This document shows positions 1-10,329 of a stretch of 64,000 nt of DNA, piece after piece. The stretch lies in assembly GCF_024502345.1 (NCBI RefSeq), contig NZ_JALDNN010000001.1, one strand, 5' to 3'. This stretch comes from Escherichia coli. Lineage in GTDB: Bacteria > Pseudomonadota > Gammaproteobacteria > Enterobacterales > Enterobacteriaceae. Within the stretch, counting starts at the first letter, position 1. Each line of letters begins with the position of its first letter. The translations under genes and the position numbers were made by a program. Under the pieces are notes generated by a model. That model had not been told where the DNA came from. It did no database searches and saw only the letters and a list, made by a program, of their open reading frames with translations.

Positions 1-54
1 TGGCTGGCCGATTCTCGCCATGTGGAACTAATACGTTCGCCAAACGCTGAATAA
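1..54 (+). CDS. citT: 3' end of upstream gene, probably citrate/succinate antiporter CitT (partial; frame ends ...SPNAE-stop at 52-54)
   Basis: Open frame running off the window start, ending TAA at 52-54; citT precedes rna in K-12 gene order (from memory). Identity not verifiable from 17 codons. Confidence 0.35.
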   Translation, partial: WLADSRHVELIRSPNAE

Positions 55-61
55 ATCATCA

Positions 62-96
62 CGCCCGCCAGGTAAGCCCACCTGGCGGGCTTTTTT
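62..96 (+). terminator. Rho-independent terminator (GC hairpin cgcccgccagg/cctggcgggc followed by TTTTTT)
   Basis: Perfect inverted repeat 62-72 and 81-90 followed by T6 at 91-96, directly after the upstream stop codon. Confidence 0.7.
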
Positions 97-144
97 ATGA
101 TTTAATAGATAGTATTCAGTGTATGTATGAGTTCCACACCCATT

Positions 145-951
145 ATGAAAGCATTCTGGCGTAACGCCGCGTTGCTCGCGGTTTCTCTGCTTCCCTTCTC
201 TTCTGCCAACGCCTTAGCGTTGCAGGCAAAACAGTATGGCGATTTTGATCGCTATGTCCTGGCTCTCTCCTGGCAAACCGGATTTTGCCAGAGTCAACAC
301 GATCGAAATCGTAACGAACGAGATGAATGTCGCCTGCAAACCGAAACGACCAACAAAGCTGATTTTCTGACCGTACATGGTCTGTGGCCAGGATTACCTA
401 AATCGGTCGCTGCCCGTGGTGTTGATGAACGCCGCTGGATGCGCTTCGGTTGCGCTACTCGCCCAATCCCGAATCTACCAGAAGCGCGCGCCAGCCGGAT
501 GTGTTCATCGCCGGAAACCGGATTATCACTGGAAACGGCCGCTAAACTAAGTGAAGTCATGCCAGGAGCTGGCGGACGTTCCTGCCTGGAACGCTACGAA
601 TATGCCAAACACGGTGCCTGCTTTGGTTTTGATCCGGACGCATACTTCGGTACGATGGTACGCCTGAATCAAGAAATTAAAGAGAGCGAAGCCGGAAAAT
701 TCCTTGCGGATAATTACGGTAAAACAGTGAGCCGCCGTGACTTTGACGCCGCCTTTGCCAAAAGCTGGGGAAAAGAGAACGTGAAAGCAGTTAAGCTAAC
801 GTGCCAGGGTAACCCTGCGTATTTGACTGAAATTCAGATCTCGATCAAAGCTGACGCCATCAACGCTCCGCTTTCTGCAAACTCATTCTTGCCACAACCT
901 CACCCAGGTAACTGTGGCAAAACCTTTGTGATTGATAAAGCGGGTTATTAA
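145..951 (+). CDS. rna: Ribonuclease I (periplasmic RNase T2 family), 268 aa
   Basis: ORF 127..951; translation from MKAFWRNAALLAVSLLPFSSANA (signal peptide) matches RNase I; start refined to the ATG at 145. Confidence 0.93.
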   Translation: MKAFWRNAALLAVSLLPFSSANALALQAKQYGDFDRYVLALSWQTGFCQSQHDRNRNERDECRLQTETTNKADFLTVHGLWPGLPKSVAARGVDERRWMRFGCATRPIPNLPEARASRMCSSPETGLSLETAAKLSEVMPGAGGRSCLERYEYAKHGACFGFDPDAYFGTMVRLNQEIKESEAGKFLADNYGKTVSRRDFDAAFAKSWGKENVKAVKLTCQGNPAYLTEIQISIKADAINAPLSANSFLPQPHPGNCGKTFVIDKAGY

Positions 952-1096
952 TCCTCTGATTTACAAAACACGCTAATTCGTCTTCCATAATCATGACGAT
1001 TAAGAATTATACATAATGCGCTGCATTGAGGAATTCCCTGAATGTGACGCAAATCACTTCAAAGAGTGAGCAACAGTCAGTATCATCATGTGAGTT

Positions 1097-1130
1097 AAAC
1101 CCTCGCCGCCTGACGGTGAGGGTTTTCTTT
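1097..1130 (+). terminator. Possible terminator hairpin in the rna-rnk intergenic region (ccctcgccg...cggtgaggg then TTTTCTTTT)
   Basis: Imperfect inverted repeat followed by a T-rich run; one mismatch in the stem. Confidence 0.35.
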
Positions 1131-1179
1131 TGGGTATGTTTATCTGCGACACTCGCAGTACCGACGACATGGAGTAAAA

Positions 1180-1590
1180 ATGTCCAGACCAACTATCATC
1201 ATTAACGACCTGGATGCCGAACGCATCGATATTCTGCTGGAGCAACCCGCCTATGCTGGTTTGCCAATCGCCGACGCGTTAAACGCAGAGTTGGATCGCG
1301 CCCAAATGTGTTCGCCAGAAGAGATGCCACACGACGTGGTGACAATGAACAGCCGGGTTAAATTCCGCAATCTTAGCGATGGCGAAGTGCGTGTGCGCAC
1401 GCTGGTGTATCCGGCAAAAATGACCGATAGCAATACTCAGCTTTCCGTTATGGCTCCGGTAGGTGCCGCACTGCTGGGACTGCGCGTTGGCGATTCCATT
1501 CACTGGGAACTTCCGGGCGGCGTTGCAACCCACCTTGAAGTGCTGGAACTCGAATACCAGCCAGAAGCTGCTGGCGACTACCTGCTTTAA
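1180..1590 (+). CDS. rnk: Regulator of nucleoside diphosphate kinase Rnk (GreA/GreB-like C-terminal domain), 136 aa
   Basis: ORF 1180..1590; [20 protein letters not shown]... matches Rnk. Confidence 0.92.
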
Positions 1591-1727
1591 TCCCATCTGC
1601 ACAAGCGATAACTCGCTTTGCCCAGAGGATGCACTCGCATCCTCTTTACGCAAAATCAGCAATTTTTCCTGGTTCTCACTGTTCACTTTTGCTGCAAAAT
1701 TATTCCGTTTCGTTTGTGGGAATAACC

Positions 1728-1817
1728 ATGGCAGAAGCATTTTACATCCTGATAGGATTTCTGATTATGGCGGCGATTATCGTCATGGCTGTCCTTTACC
1801 TCGAAAACCACTCCTGA
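1728..1817 (+). CDS. yldA: Small hydrophobic protein, 29 aa (MAEAFYILIGFLIMAAIIVMAVLYLENHS), YldA-like
   Basis: ATG at 1728 inside ORF 1629..1817; single predicted transmembrane helix; position between rnk and ybdR matches the K-12 small protein YldA as I recall it. Confidence 0.5.
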   Translation: MAEAFYILIGFLIMAAIIVMAVLYLENHS

Positions 1818-1820
1818 CGA

Positions 1821-2666
1821 TCATATTGTTCCCCCCGGCATCGCATTCACCAGACCTGAAACCGCCTTCTGCGCCGCCTCTGCGCTTTGTGCACCGGGTA
1901 CCAGAATCACCTTACGGCACTCCTCTTCACGTTTTTCGAAAATCTCATATCCCCGGGCGGCCTCTTCAAACGGCATATAGTGGGTAACAATTTCTTCTGG
2001 TTTCAGTAATCCTTTCTCAATTAACGGTAATAATTCTCCCAGCCATGCGTGAACGTGGGTCTGTCCCATTTTAAACGTCAACCCTTTATCAAAGGCGTCG
2101 CCAAACAGGAAACCGTGAATAAATCCAGCGTAGACGCCCGGTACGCTAACAATGCCGCCACGCCTGACCGCCCCAATACACTGACGCAACGCTTTACCGC
2201 TGCTGCCCTCCAGTTTCAGGTTAGTCAGCACCGTTTCCGTGGTGCTGCCTTTCGCTTCAAAACCGACGGCGTCTATTACTGCATCCACGCCCCGGTGACC
2301 TGCCGTTTGTTCAATAATTGACTGTGCCGGATCGCTATCTTCATCGAAATTAATCGGGATCGCGCCGTAGCGGTCGGCGGCGAAACGCAAGCGGTAGGGA
2401 TGATGATCAACAACAAAAATCTGTTCCGCACCGAGCAACCGTGCACAGGCGATTGTCAACAATCCCACAGGACCAGCACCATAGACTGCAACGCTTGAAC
2501 CTTGTTGGATCTGCGCATTTTTTGCTGCCTGCCATGCCGTTGGCAGAATATCAGAAAGGAAAAGCGCTTTATCATCTGCAAGCAAAGGCGGTACTTTAAA
2601 CGGCCCCACATTCCCTCTAGGGACGCGGACATATTCCGCCTGCCCACCATGTTCAGTGAGAATATA
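1821..2666 (-). pseudogene. ybdR: 5'-truncated Zn-dependent MDR-family dehydrogenase YbdR; only about the C-terminal 280 codons present
   Basis: ORF 1821..2609 carries the Rossmann GAGPVG motif near its own N-terminus; homology continues in frame 16 codons further ([14 protein letters not shown]) to a TAA at 2667-2669. The N-terminal catalytic domain (about 130 aa) is absent and there is no room for it before uspG at 2773. Confidence 0.6.
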
Positions 2667-2772
2667 TTAATCACAGAAACCGTTTGTAAGGAAAAAGAAC
2701 CAGACAAATATCAGGGATAAATATTATAATCATGGTGAATGATTTGTTCATGATTAACAGGGAGAAAGGGTT

Positions 2773-3201
2773 ATGTATAAGACAATCATTATGCCAGTTG
2801 ATGTATTTGAAATGGAATTGAGCGACAAAGCTGTTCGCCACGCTGAATTCCTCGCCCAGGATGACGGAGTTATTCATCTACTTCACGTACTACCCGGGTC
2901 AGCCAGCCTGAGCCTGCACCGTTTTGCCGCTGATGTGCGTCGTTTTGAAGAGCATCTGCAACATGAAGCAGAAGAACGTCTGCAAACGATGGTCAGCCAC
3001 TTCACCATCGATCCTTCCCGCATTAAACAACATGTCCGTTTTGGTAGCGTGCGGGATGAAGTCAATGAGTTGGCAGAAGAACTGGGGGCTGATGTTGTAG
3101 TTATTGGTTCTCGCAACCCATCGATTTCGACCCATCTGTTAGGTTCTAACGCCTCGAGCGTGATCCGCCACGCCAATCTGCCTGTACTGGTCGTTCGCTA
3201 A
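2773..3201 (+). CDS. uspG: Universal stress protein G, 142 aa
   Basis: ORF 2773..3201; [42 protein letters not shown]... matches UspG (YbdQ). Confidence 0.92.
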   Translation: MYKTIIMPVDVFEMELSDKAVRHAEFLAQDDGVIHLLHVLPGSASLSLHRFAADVRRFEEHLQHEAEERLQTMVSHFTIDPSRIKQHVRFGSVRDEVNELAEELGADVVVIGSRNPSISTHLLGSNASSVIRHANLPVLVVR

Positions 3202-3220
3202 CAGATAAAAGTATTTATGC

Positions 3221-3253
3221 CGCCCTGCCTGGAACATCCCGGCAGGGCTTTTT
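3221..3253 (+). terminator. Rho-independent terminator of uspG (gccctgcctgg...cccggcagggc then TTTTT)
   Basis: Inverted repeat followed by a T-run just after the uspG stop. Confidence 0.65.
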
Positions 3254-3261
3254 AATGCCAT

Positions 3262-3296
3262 AAAAAAGCCGCCAGGTTTGACCCCGGCGGCTAAGC
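3262..3296 (-). terminator. Rho-independent terminator of ahpCF (minus strand: gccgccgggg...cctggcggc then TTTTTT)
   Basis: Inverted repeat plus T-run on the minus strand, just downstream of the ahpF stop at 3322. Confidence 0.65.
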
Positions 3297-3321
3297 AATT
3301 GCAGGTGAATCTTACTTCTTC

Positions 3322-4887
3322 TTATGCAGTTTTGGTGCGAATCAGGTAGTCAAAAGCACTCAGAGAGGCTTTGGCACCTTCGCCAGTGGCGATGATGATC
3401 TGCTTGTACGGAACCGTCGTACAGTCACCCGCTGCGAACACGCCTTTGACGTTGGTTTCGCATTTCGCATCAATGATAATCTCGCCCATGCGGTTACGTT
3501 CGACTGCGCCTTCCAGCCAGTTGGTGTTCGGCAGCAGACCAATCTGGACGAAAATACCGGCCAGTTCGATGTTGTGAATATCGCCGCTGACACGATCTCG
3601 ATATTCCAGACCAACGACTTTGCTGCCGTCGCCTTTCACTTCCGTGGTTTGCGCATTCAGAATAATGTCGACGTTTTTCAGGCTGCGCAGTTTGTCCTGC
3701 AGCACCTGGTCGGCTTTCATTTCTGGCGCAAATTCCAGCAGCGTTACGTGCTCAACGATACCCGCCAGGTCGATTGCCGCTTCCACGCCGGAGTTACCGC
3801 CGCCGATAACCGCTACGCGTTTGCCTTTAAACAGCGGGCCGTCGCAGTGCGGGCAGTAGGTCACGCCTTTGGTGCGATACTGATCTTCGCCCGGAACGTT
3901 CATGTTGCGCCATTTTGCTCCGGTCGCCACGATAATGCTGCGTGCTTTCAGTACCGCGCCAGAAGCTGTTTCAATCTGATGCAGACCACCTTCAACTGCT
4001 GCTGGGATCAGTTTGCTGGCGCTCTGGCTGTCGATCACATCAACGTCGTATTCATCAACGTGAACTTTCAGTGCGCCTGCCAACTTCTGCCCTTCAGTCT
4101 TCGGTACAGAAATGTAGTTTTCGATATCAACGGTATCGAGGATCTGACCACCAAAACGTTCGCCCATCAGACCGGTACGGATGCCTTTACGTGCGGAGTA
4201 AATTGCTGCCGCTGCACCCGCCGGGCCGGAACCAACGATTAATACGTCATAAGCATCACGCTTGTTCAGCTCTTCTGCCGCACGTTTTTCCGCGCCAGTA
4301 TCAATTTTGGCAACGATTTCAGTCAACGTCATGCGGCCCTGACCAAACTCTTTCCCGTTTACGAACACTGCCGGAACGCCCATCACGTTACGATCGGTGA
4401 TTTCGTTCTGGAAGGTGCCGCCATCAATTGCAGTGTGCTTGATGCGCGGGTTCAGTACGCTCATCAGGTTCAGCGCCTGCACCACGTCCGGGCAGTTGTG
4501 GCAAGAGAGCGAGTAATAGGTTTCGAATTCAAAATCACCGTCAATATGGCGAATCTGCTCCAGCAGAGACTGCGCTTCTTTCGACGGATGACCACCGGTC
4601 CACAGCAACGCCAGTACCAGCGAGGTGAACTCATGGCCCAGCGGGGAGCCTGCAAAACGTGGCCCCTGGTTGGAACCTGGGTTGGTGATCAGGAAAGACG
4701 GCTTACGCACTGGCAAGCTGTTATCTTCTTTAAAGGTGACTTTGTCTGACAGTTCTGCGATTTCAGCCAACAGTTCCTTGATTTCTGCCGATTTAGCGCT
4801 GTCATCCAGCGTGGCAATTAACTCAACAGGCTTGGTCAATTTCTCAAGGTAAGCCTTGAGTTGAGTTTTCATATTTGTGTCGAGCAT
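3322..4887 (-). CDS. ahpF: Alkyl hydroperoxide reductase subunit F (NADH-dependent peroxiredoxin reductase), 521 aa
   Basis: ORF 3322..4917; start refined to [17 protein letters not shown]; CxxC redox motif (CPHCDGP) and FAD/NAD-binding glycine motifs present. Confidence 0.93.
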
Positions 4888-5043
4888 GTTTATCTCCTGG
4901 GCTTTAAACATCATCATGCAAGCGGCCTCTACGGCTACCTGGATGCAGCTTGCATCATGGTGCGGGGAAGAAAATCGGGTGCCGCAGCACCCGAAGAATT
5001 AGGTGAATTTCCGAAGTATTTCGCGTCAGAGCAAGGCGGCTAG

Positions 5044-5128
5044 CCTGTGAATCCCCGGGAGCTTACACAAGTAAGTGACCGGGGTGAGCGGGCGACGCCA
5101 ACGCCGCTATGGCGTGAAAGACGAAGGA
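5044..5128. repeat. ERIC/IRU-type intergenic repeat (core gtgaatccccgggagcttacacaagtaagtgaccggggtgagcg)
   Basis: Match to the ERIC consensus core with its internal inverted repeat, in the ahpC-ahpF intergenic region. Confidence 0.7.
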
Positions 5129-5131
5129 AAT

Positions 5132-5695
5132 TTAGATTTTACCAACCAGGTCCAGAGACGGAGCCAGAGTTGCTTCACCTTCTTTCCATTTAGCCGGGCA
5201 AACTTCACCTGGGTGAGAAGCTACGTACTGTGCTGCTTTGATTTTACGCAGCAGGTCAGACGCGTCACGGCCAATGCCTTCAGCGGTAACTTCGATTGCC
5301 TGGATGATACCCTGCGGGTCAACAACGAAGGTCGCACGGTCAGCCAGACCTTCATCTTCACGCATGTTGTCGAAGTTACGGGTCAGGGCGCCAGTCGGGT
5401 CGCCGATCATCGCATATTTGATTTTAGCGATGGTTTCAGAGCTGCTGTGCCATGCTTTGTGGGTGAAGTGAGTATCGGTAGATACTGCGTATACGTCTAC
5501 GCCCAGTTTCTGCAGTTCTTCGTAGTGGTCAGCAACGTCACCCAGTTCGGTCGGGCATACGAAAGTAAAGTCAGCCGGGTAGAAGAAGAAGACGCTCCAG
5601 CGGCCTTCGGTATCTTTTTCGGTGATTTCGATGAATTCGCCGTTTTTGAATGCCTGGTTTTTAAAAGGTTTAATTTTGGTGTTAATCAAGGACAT
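5132..5695 (-). CDS. ahpC: Alkyl hydroperoxide reductase subunit C (2-Cys peroxiredoxin), 187 aa
   Basis: ORF 5132..5695; [51 protein letters not shown]... matches AhpC. Confidence 0.95.
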   Translation of the reverse strand: MSLINTKIKPFKNQAFKNGEFIEITEKDTEGRWSVFFFYPADFTFVCPTELGDVADHYEELQKLGVDVYAVSTDTHFTHKAWHSSSETIAKIKYAMIGDPTGALTRNFDNMREDEGLADRATFVVDPQGIIQAIEVTAEGIGRDASDLLRKIKAAQYVASHPGEVCPAKWKEGEATLAPSLDLVGKI

Positions 5696-6066
5696 CTATA
5701 CTTCCTCCGTGTTTTCGATGAGATGTAAGGTAACCAATTTTTACCGATTCGGCTAATGCGTTTCCATTATCAAATCGATAAGTTTTACCTTACAACCTTC
5801 GTAAGACAACTTTGTGAACTTTGCACCGCCAGCGGCGATAAAAAGTAAAATGGCCCCCTTTCCAGGTGACCGTGTAATCTGAACTACCCTTTGGTATCTT
5901 CAGCGCCTGCCTGCAGGCTGAGGTGTTGCCCTTACAAATGCAACAACGACATGGATTACAACACCCTCATAAACAAAGGGCAATCACCTGATCTAAGCTC
6001 TTACCTATGACAGTGATAGGTTATGCCTTTTACTCGACTTTTGCACTGACTGAAAAGGACAAATTA

Positions 6067-6813
6067 ATGTTAAAAAAGATACTTTTACTGGCTCTGCTTC
6101 CTGCAATCGCCATCGCAGAGGAACTTCCTGCTCCAGTAAAAGCGATTGAAAAACAGGGCATTACAATCATCAAAACGTTCGATGCCCCCGGAGGAATGAA
6201 AGGTTATCTCGGAAAGTATCAGGATATGGGCGTCACCATCTACCTGACTCCAGATGGTAAGCACGCTATCTCTGGTTATATGTACAACGAGAAAGGTGAA
6301 AACCTGAGTAACACACTTATCGAAAAAGAAATTTACGCACCAGCCGGACGCGAAATGTGGCAACGGATGGAACAATCCCACTGGCTCCTCGACGGTAAAA
6401 AAGACGCGCCGGTCATTGTCTACGTCTTCGCCGATCCGTTCTGCCCATATTGTAAACAGTTCTGGCAGCAGGCGCGCCCGAGGGTAGATTCTGGCAAAGT
6501 GCAATTAAGAACATTGTTGGTTGGGGTTATCAAGCCAGAAAGCCCGGCGACAGCAGCGGCAATTCTTGCCTCCAAAGATCCCGCAAAAACCTGGCAACAA
6601 TATGAAGCCTCTGGTGGCAAGCTTAAGCTAAACGTGCCTGCAAACGTAAGTACAGAGCAAATGAAAGTGTTAAGTGACAATGAGAAACTGATGGACGATC
6701 TGGGGGCAAATGTCACGCCGGCTATCTATTACATGAGTAAGGAAAATACGCTACAACAGGCCGTGGGGTTGCCCGATCAGAAAACGCTTAATATCATTAT
6801 GGGGAATAAATAA
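6067..6813 (+). CDS. dsbG: Periplasmic thiol:disulfide interchange protein DsbG, 248 aa
   Basis: ORF 6007..6813; start refined to [15 protein letters not shown] (signal peptide); CPYC active site present. Confidence 0.9.
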   Translation: MLKKILLLALLPAIAIAEELPAPVKAIEKQGITIIKTFDAPGGMKGYLGKYQDMGVTIYLTPDGKHAISGYMYNEKGENLSNTLIEKEIYAPAGREMWQRMEQSHWLLDGKKDAPVIVYVFADPFCPYCKQFWQQARPRVDSGKVQLRTLLVGVIKPESPATAAAILASKDPAKTWQQYEASGGKLKLNVPANVSTEQMKVLSDNEKLMDDLGANVTPAIYYMSKENTLQQAVGLPDQKTLNIIMGNK

Positions 6814-7021
6814 AAGGTAATTCATGGATGGTTGAACTATATCTCTGCTTTTCAACCATCCTAAAAAAGCATGAATTGCTCGCTCTGCCCTAAGTGGCTG
6901 TGCTATTTTAGAAAAACTTAATCCTGAGTTAAGCAAAAAAACATAATCAATAAAAATATATACGCAAAAAACATTGATTAAGTGAATATATCATGGAAGA
7001 AAAATATAACCGGAGTAGTGT

Positions 7022-7924
7022 ATGGCCAATCTCTACGACTTGAAAAAGTTCGACTTAAATCTTCTTGTCATATTTGAGTGTATTTACCAGCATTTAAGCA
7101 TTAGCAAAGCTGCTGAATCACTATATATCACCCCATCAGCCGTGAGCCAGTCGTTACAACGCTTACGTGCGCAATTTAATGACCCTTTATTCATTCGCTC
7201 AGGAAAAGGTATCGCGCCGACGACAACAGGGTTGAATCTGCATCACCATCTTGAGAAAAATCTCAGAGGCCTTGAACAAACAATTAATATAGTCAATAAG
7301 TCCGAACTAAAGAAAAACTTTATTATCTACGGCCCTCAGCTCATTTCTTGCTCTAATAATAGTATGCTGATCCGCTGCCTACGGCAAGATGCCTCTGTCG
7401 AGATTGAGTGCCATGATATCCTCATGTCAGCAGAGAATGCTGAAGAACTGTTGGTTCACCGCAAAGCCGATCTGGTGATCACCCAAATGCCAGTGATCAG
7501 CCGTTCCGTCATTTGCATGCCATTGCATACGATTCGCAATACTCTCATTTGTAGTAATAGGCATCCACGAATTACTGACAATAGCACTTATGAACAAATT
7601 ATGGCAGAAGAGTTCACCCAATTAATATCTAAATCAGCAGGGGTTGATGATATTCAAATGGAAATAGACGAGAGATTTATGAATCGCAAAATTTCATTTC
7701 GTGGTTCCTCTTTGCTGACAATCATTAATAGCATTGCAGTTACAGATTTACTGGGAATAGTCCCCTATGAACTTTATAACTCCCACCGTGACTCTCTTAA
7801 TTTAAAAGAGATAAAACTAGAACATCCGTTACCTTCAATAAAGCCTTACATTTCCTATAATAAATCTTCTTTAAACAATCTGGTGTTCTCACGATTTATT
7901 GACCGTCTAAATGAGTGTTTTTGA
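7022..7924 (+). CDS. ybdO: LysR-family transcriptional regulator YbdO, 300 aa
   Basis: ORF 7022..7924; N-terminal helix-turn-helix (ISKAAESLYITPSAVSQSLQRLR) typical of LysR regulators; AT-rich, low-GC gene. Confidence 0.85.
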   Translation: MANLYDLKKFDLNLLVIFECIYQHLSISKAAESLYITPSAVSQSLQRLRAQFNDPLFIRSGKGIAPTTTGLNLHHHLEKNLRGLEQTINIVNKSELKKNFIIYGPQLISCSNNSMLIRCLRQDASVEIECHDILMSAENAEELLVHRKADLVITQMPVISRSVICMPLHTIRNTLICSNRHPRITDNSTYEQIMAEEFTQLISKSAGVDDIQMEIDERFMNRKISFRGSSLLTIINSIAVTDLLGIVPYELYNSHRDSLNLKEIKLEHPLPSIKPYISYNKSSLNNLVFSRFIDRLNECF

Positions 7925-8185
7925 TATATAACCTCAGACAGCTACTATAACTTTCACCTATTTATTCACAGCGCGAATGAAAAATAAAACACTCTGCTTT
8001 TCAGTGTTTACTTTATAATTAACAGTCTTATCTCACTGATCACCCTGTAACGTTCAGAGAGCGTCTTCAGATGTCTATTTATAAAATTCCTCTTCCGCTC
8101 AATATTCTGGAAGCTGCACGAGAGCGTATTACCTGGACACTCAACACCCTACCCCGCGTTTGTGTCTCATTTTCTGGCGGCAAAG

Positions 8186-9242
8186 GGCTTTGTTGAATAA
8201 ATCGAACTTTTGCTGAGTTGAAGGATCAGATCACGTATCTTCCCGACAACGCAGACCGTTCCGTGGCAAAGCAAAAGTTCAAAATCACCAACTGGCCCAC
8301 CTACAATAAAGCCCTCATCAACCGTGGCTCCATAACTTTCTGGCTGGATGATGAAGCTATTCAGGCCTGGTATGAGTCAGCAACACCTTCTTCACGAGGC
8401 AGACCTCAGCGCTATTCTGACCTTGCCATCACGACTGTGCTGGTCATTAAACGCGTATTCAGGCTGACCCTGCGCGCTGCGCAGGGCTTTATTGATTCCA
8501 TTTTTTCTCTGATGAACGTTCCGCTACGCTGCCCGGATTACAGCTGTGTCAGCAGGCGGGCAAAGTCGGTTAATGTCAGTTTCAAAACGCCCACCCGGGG
8601 TGAAATCGCACACCTGGTAATTGATTCCACCGGGCTGAAGGTCTTCGGTGAAGGCGAGTGGAAAGTCAAAAAGCATGGCCAGGAACGCCGCCGTATCTGG
8701 CGTAAGCTGCATCTCGCCGTTGACAGTAAAACACATGAAATCATCTGCGCTGACCTGTCGCTGAACAACGTTACGGACTCAGAGGCCTTCCCCGGGTTAA
8801 TCCGGCAAACCCACCGGAAAATCAGGTCAGCCGCCGCCGATGGCGCTTACGATACCCGGCTATGTCACGATGAACTGCGGCGTAAGAAAATCAGCGCGCT
8901 TATCCCTCCCCGAAAAGGTGCGGGTTACTGGCCCGGTGAATATGCAGACCGTAACCGTGCAGTGGCTAATCAGCGAATGACCGGGAGTAATGCGCGGTGG
9001 AAATGGACAACAGATTACAACCGTCGCTCGATAGCGGAAACGGCGATGTACCGGGTAAAACAGCTGTTCGGGGGTTCACTGACACTGCGTGACTACGATG
9101 GTCAGGTTGCAGAGGCTATGGCCCTGGTACGAGCGCTGAACAAAATGACGAAAGCAGGTATGCCTGAAAGCGTGCGTATTGCCTGAAAACACAACCCGCT
9201 ACGGGGGAGACTTACCCGAAATCTGATTTATTCAACAAAGCC
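8186..9242 (+). mobile_element. IS903-type insertion sequence (IS5 family), 1057 bp, with 18-bp terminal inverted repeats ggctttgttgaataaatc; 9-bp target duplication gcggcaaag at 8177-8185 and 9243-9251
   Basis: Terminal inverted repeats at 8186-8203 and 9225-9242; identical 9-bp direct repeats flank the element; one transposase ORF inside. Confidence 0.9.
8263..9186 (+). CDS. IS903 transposase (DDE, IS5 family); likely GTG start giving 307 aa (ORF track starts at TTG 8218)
   Basis: ORF 8218..9186; [38 protein letters not shown]... matches IS903/IS102 transposase. Confidence 0.85.
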   Translation: MAKQKFKITNWPTYNKALINRGSITFWLDDEAIQAWYESATPSSRGRPQRYSDLAITTVLVIKRVFRLTLRAAQGFIDSIFSLMNVPLRCPDYSCVSRRAKSVNVSFKTPTRGEIAHLVIDSTGLKVFGEGEWKVKKHGQERRRIWRKLHLAVDSKTHEIICADLSLNNVTDSEAFPGLIRQTHRKIRSAAADGAYDTRLCHDELRRKKISALIPPRKGAGYWPGEYADRNRAVANQRMTGSNARWKWTTDYNRRSIAETAMYRVKQLFGGSLTLRDYDGQVAEAMALVRALNKMTKAGMPESVRIA

Positions 9243-10329
9243 GCGGCAAAGACTCTGGTTTAATGCTGCATCTGACAGCCGAACTTGCCCGACAAATGGG
9301 CAAAAAAATCTGCGTTTTGTTTATCGACTGGGAGGCGCAATTCTCTTGCACCATTAACTATGTTCAGTCCCTGCGCGAGTTGTACACCGATGTCATCGAA
9401 GAGTTTTACTGGGTTGCGCTCCCGCTTACGACGCAAAATTCCCTTTCACAATACCAACCCGAATGGCAGTGCTGGGAACCTGATGTCGAATGGGTGCGTC
9501 AGCCCCCGCAAGATGCGATAACCGATCCTGACTTTTTCTGCTTTTACCAGCCAGGCATGACCTTCGAACAATTTGTACGTGAGTTTGCCGAATGGTTTTC
9601 ACAAAAACGTCCGGCGGCGATGATGATCGGCATCCGTGCGGATGAGTCCTACAACCGTTTTGTCGCCATCGCCAGTTTAAATAAACAACGTTTTGCCGAC
9701 GATAAACCCTGGACTACGGCCGCACCAGGCGGTCATAGCTGGTACATTTATCCCATTTACGACTGGAAAGTGGCTGATATCTGGACCTGGTATGCAAATC
9801 ATCAAAGTCTCTGCAACCCACTGTATAACCTAATGTATCAGGCAGGCGTTCCTCTGCGTCATATGCGAATTTGCGAACCTTTTGGCCCGGAGCAACGACA
9901 AGGATTATGGCTCTATCACGTTATCGAACCGGATCGCTGGGCTGCTATGTGCGCACGAGTCAGCGGGGTAAAAAGTGGCGGCATTTACGCCGGACATGAC
10001 AATCATTTCTATGGGCATCGGAAAATCCTCAAGCCAGAACATTTAGACTGGCAAGAATATGCATTATTGCTGCTCAATAGCATGCCGGAAAAAACAGCTG
10101 AGCATTACCGCAATAAAATCGCCATTTATTTGCACTGGTATCAGAAAAAAGGCATCGAGGTTCCACAAACCCAGCAAGGGGACATTGGCGCGAAAGATAT
10201 CCCCTCCTGGCGGCGGATATGCAAAGTTTTACTCAATAACGATTACTGGTGTCGGGCATTATCATTTAGTCCTACGAAAGCGAAGAACTATCAGCGTTAT
10301 AACAAACGGATAAAAGGAAAACGTCAGGA

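Noticed and set aside
3574-4242. 222-aa ORF on the plus strand inside ahpF, plus many similar 60-280 aa ORFs antisense to cusA (45106..45945, 46027..46797), entF (27876..28457, 30388..30669), cstA (15248..15736), nfrA and others
   Set aside because: They lie entirely within, and antisense or out of frame to, long well-supported genes and show no recognisable motifs; typical spurious ORFs of GC-rich coding DNA.
10059-10313. 84-aa ORF in an alternative frame within the ybdN 3' region, and 9285..9521 similarly
   Set aside because: Out-of-frame overlaps of the conserved ybdN reading frame with no independent support.
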